NCBI RefSeq assembly: GCF_018977255.1
Contig: NW_024704743.1
Coordinates: forward strand, 8,558,001-8,622,000
Reading direction: 5' to 3'
Length of the DNA stretch: 64,000 bases
Origin: Callorhinchus milii
Taxonomy: Eukaryota
Shown one piece after another: positions 63,518-64,000 of this stretch (position 1 is the first letter of the stretch; each line of letters begins with the position of its first letter). Both the position numbers and the translations under genes were made by a program. Under the pieces are notes generated by a model. That model did no database searches. It saw only the letters and a list, made by a program, of their open reading frames with translations, and was not told the DNA's origin.

Positions 63518-63845
63518 ATAATAACAACAATAATCCTTACATTCGATACAGAGCCTTTCATGTCGGGAAGACATCTCAAAAGCGCTTCACAGGATTTTAC
63601 TGTAAAGTTGTAGTCACTGTGTATTTGTGTAAGGCAACTGCAACAAAGCAATTTGAGTACAACCTTGGCTCACAAATGGTCATGAAGCAAATGATTAATT
63701 TTATATGCAGGATTGTTGGTCAGGGCACAAGGAGAAACTCCCTTCTCTTTTCAAACAGTGACAAGGGATCTTTAAAGTCCACCTGAACAGGCAGATGGGA
63801 TCTCAGTTTTAACATCTCATCCGAAGCGCAGCACCTACAACAATA
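63518..63845 (-). mobile_element. Deu-domain SINE
   Basis: Tail plus Deu core. Confidence 0.75.
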
Positions 63846-64000
63846 CGCGCTCTGCTAGCATTTTATTGTGTTTAACAGGGAATCTGATGCATACAGCAGG
63901 GAGAATGGAATAGAGAGTTAAGGGGGAGAGGAGTAGGAGGGGTGGAGCTTTATGTAAAACATAAACACTGGCATAGACTTTTTGAGCTGAATTGCCTATT

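Overview
Repeat-dense vertebrate genomic DNA, most likely a cartilaginous fish (inferred from the L2/CR1/Deu-SINE/Penelope repeat mix). No complete protein-coding gene is present, and nearly all listed ORFs are transposon debris or chance ORFs. The window contains: (i) many L2-type LINE copies, the longest about 2.9 kb at 22406-25278 (-) with frameshifted APE and RT domains; (ii) older CR1 fragments; (iii) two tRNA-headed SINE families, one Deu-domain type and one tRNA-Ala-like type with long and short forms, which share a 3' half and an L2-type stem-loop tail; (iv) two palindromic Penelope-type repeats, each with a minimal hammerhead-ribozyme core (about 35600 and 50200); (v) a poly(A)-tailed, 5'-truncated, hairpin-rich retroposed family I cannot assign ('family X', at least 9 pieces), three copies of which sit in the same region of Deu-SINEs; (vi) a TE-free, microsatellite-rich island of about 3.4 kb (30450-33850) with CCAAT boxes and two candidate minus-strand alternative first coding exons, both phase 1 (MDCRHLLWEQT and MEDLTN), of an unidentified gene; (vii) several TE-free blocks that look like conserved non-coding elements. 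Repeat boundaries were read by eye and are approximate.
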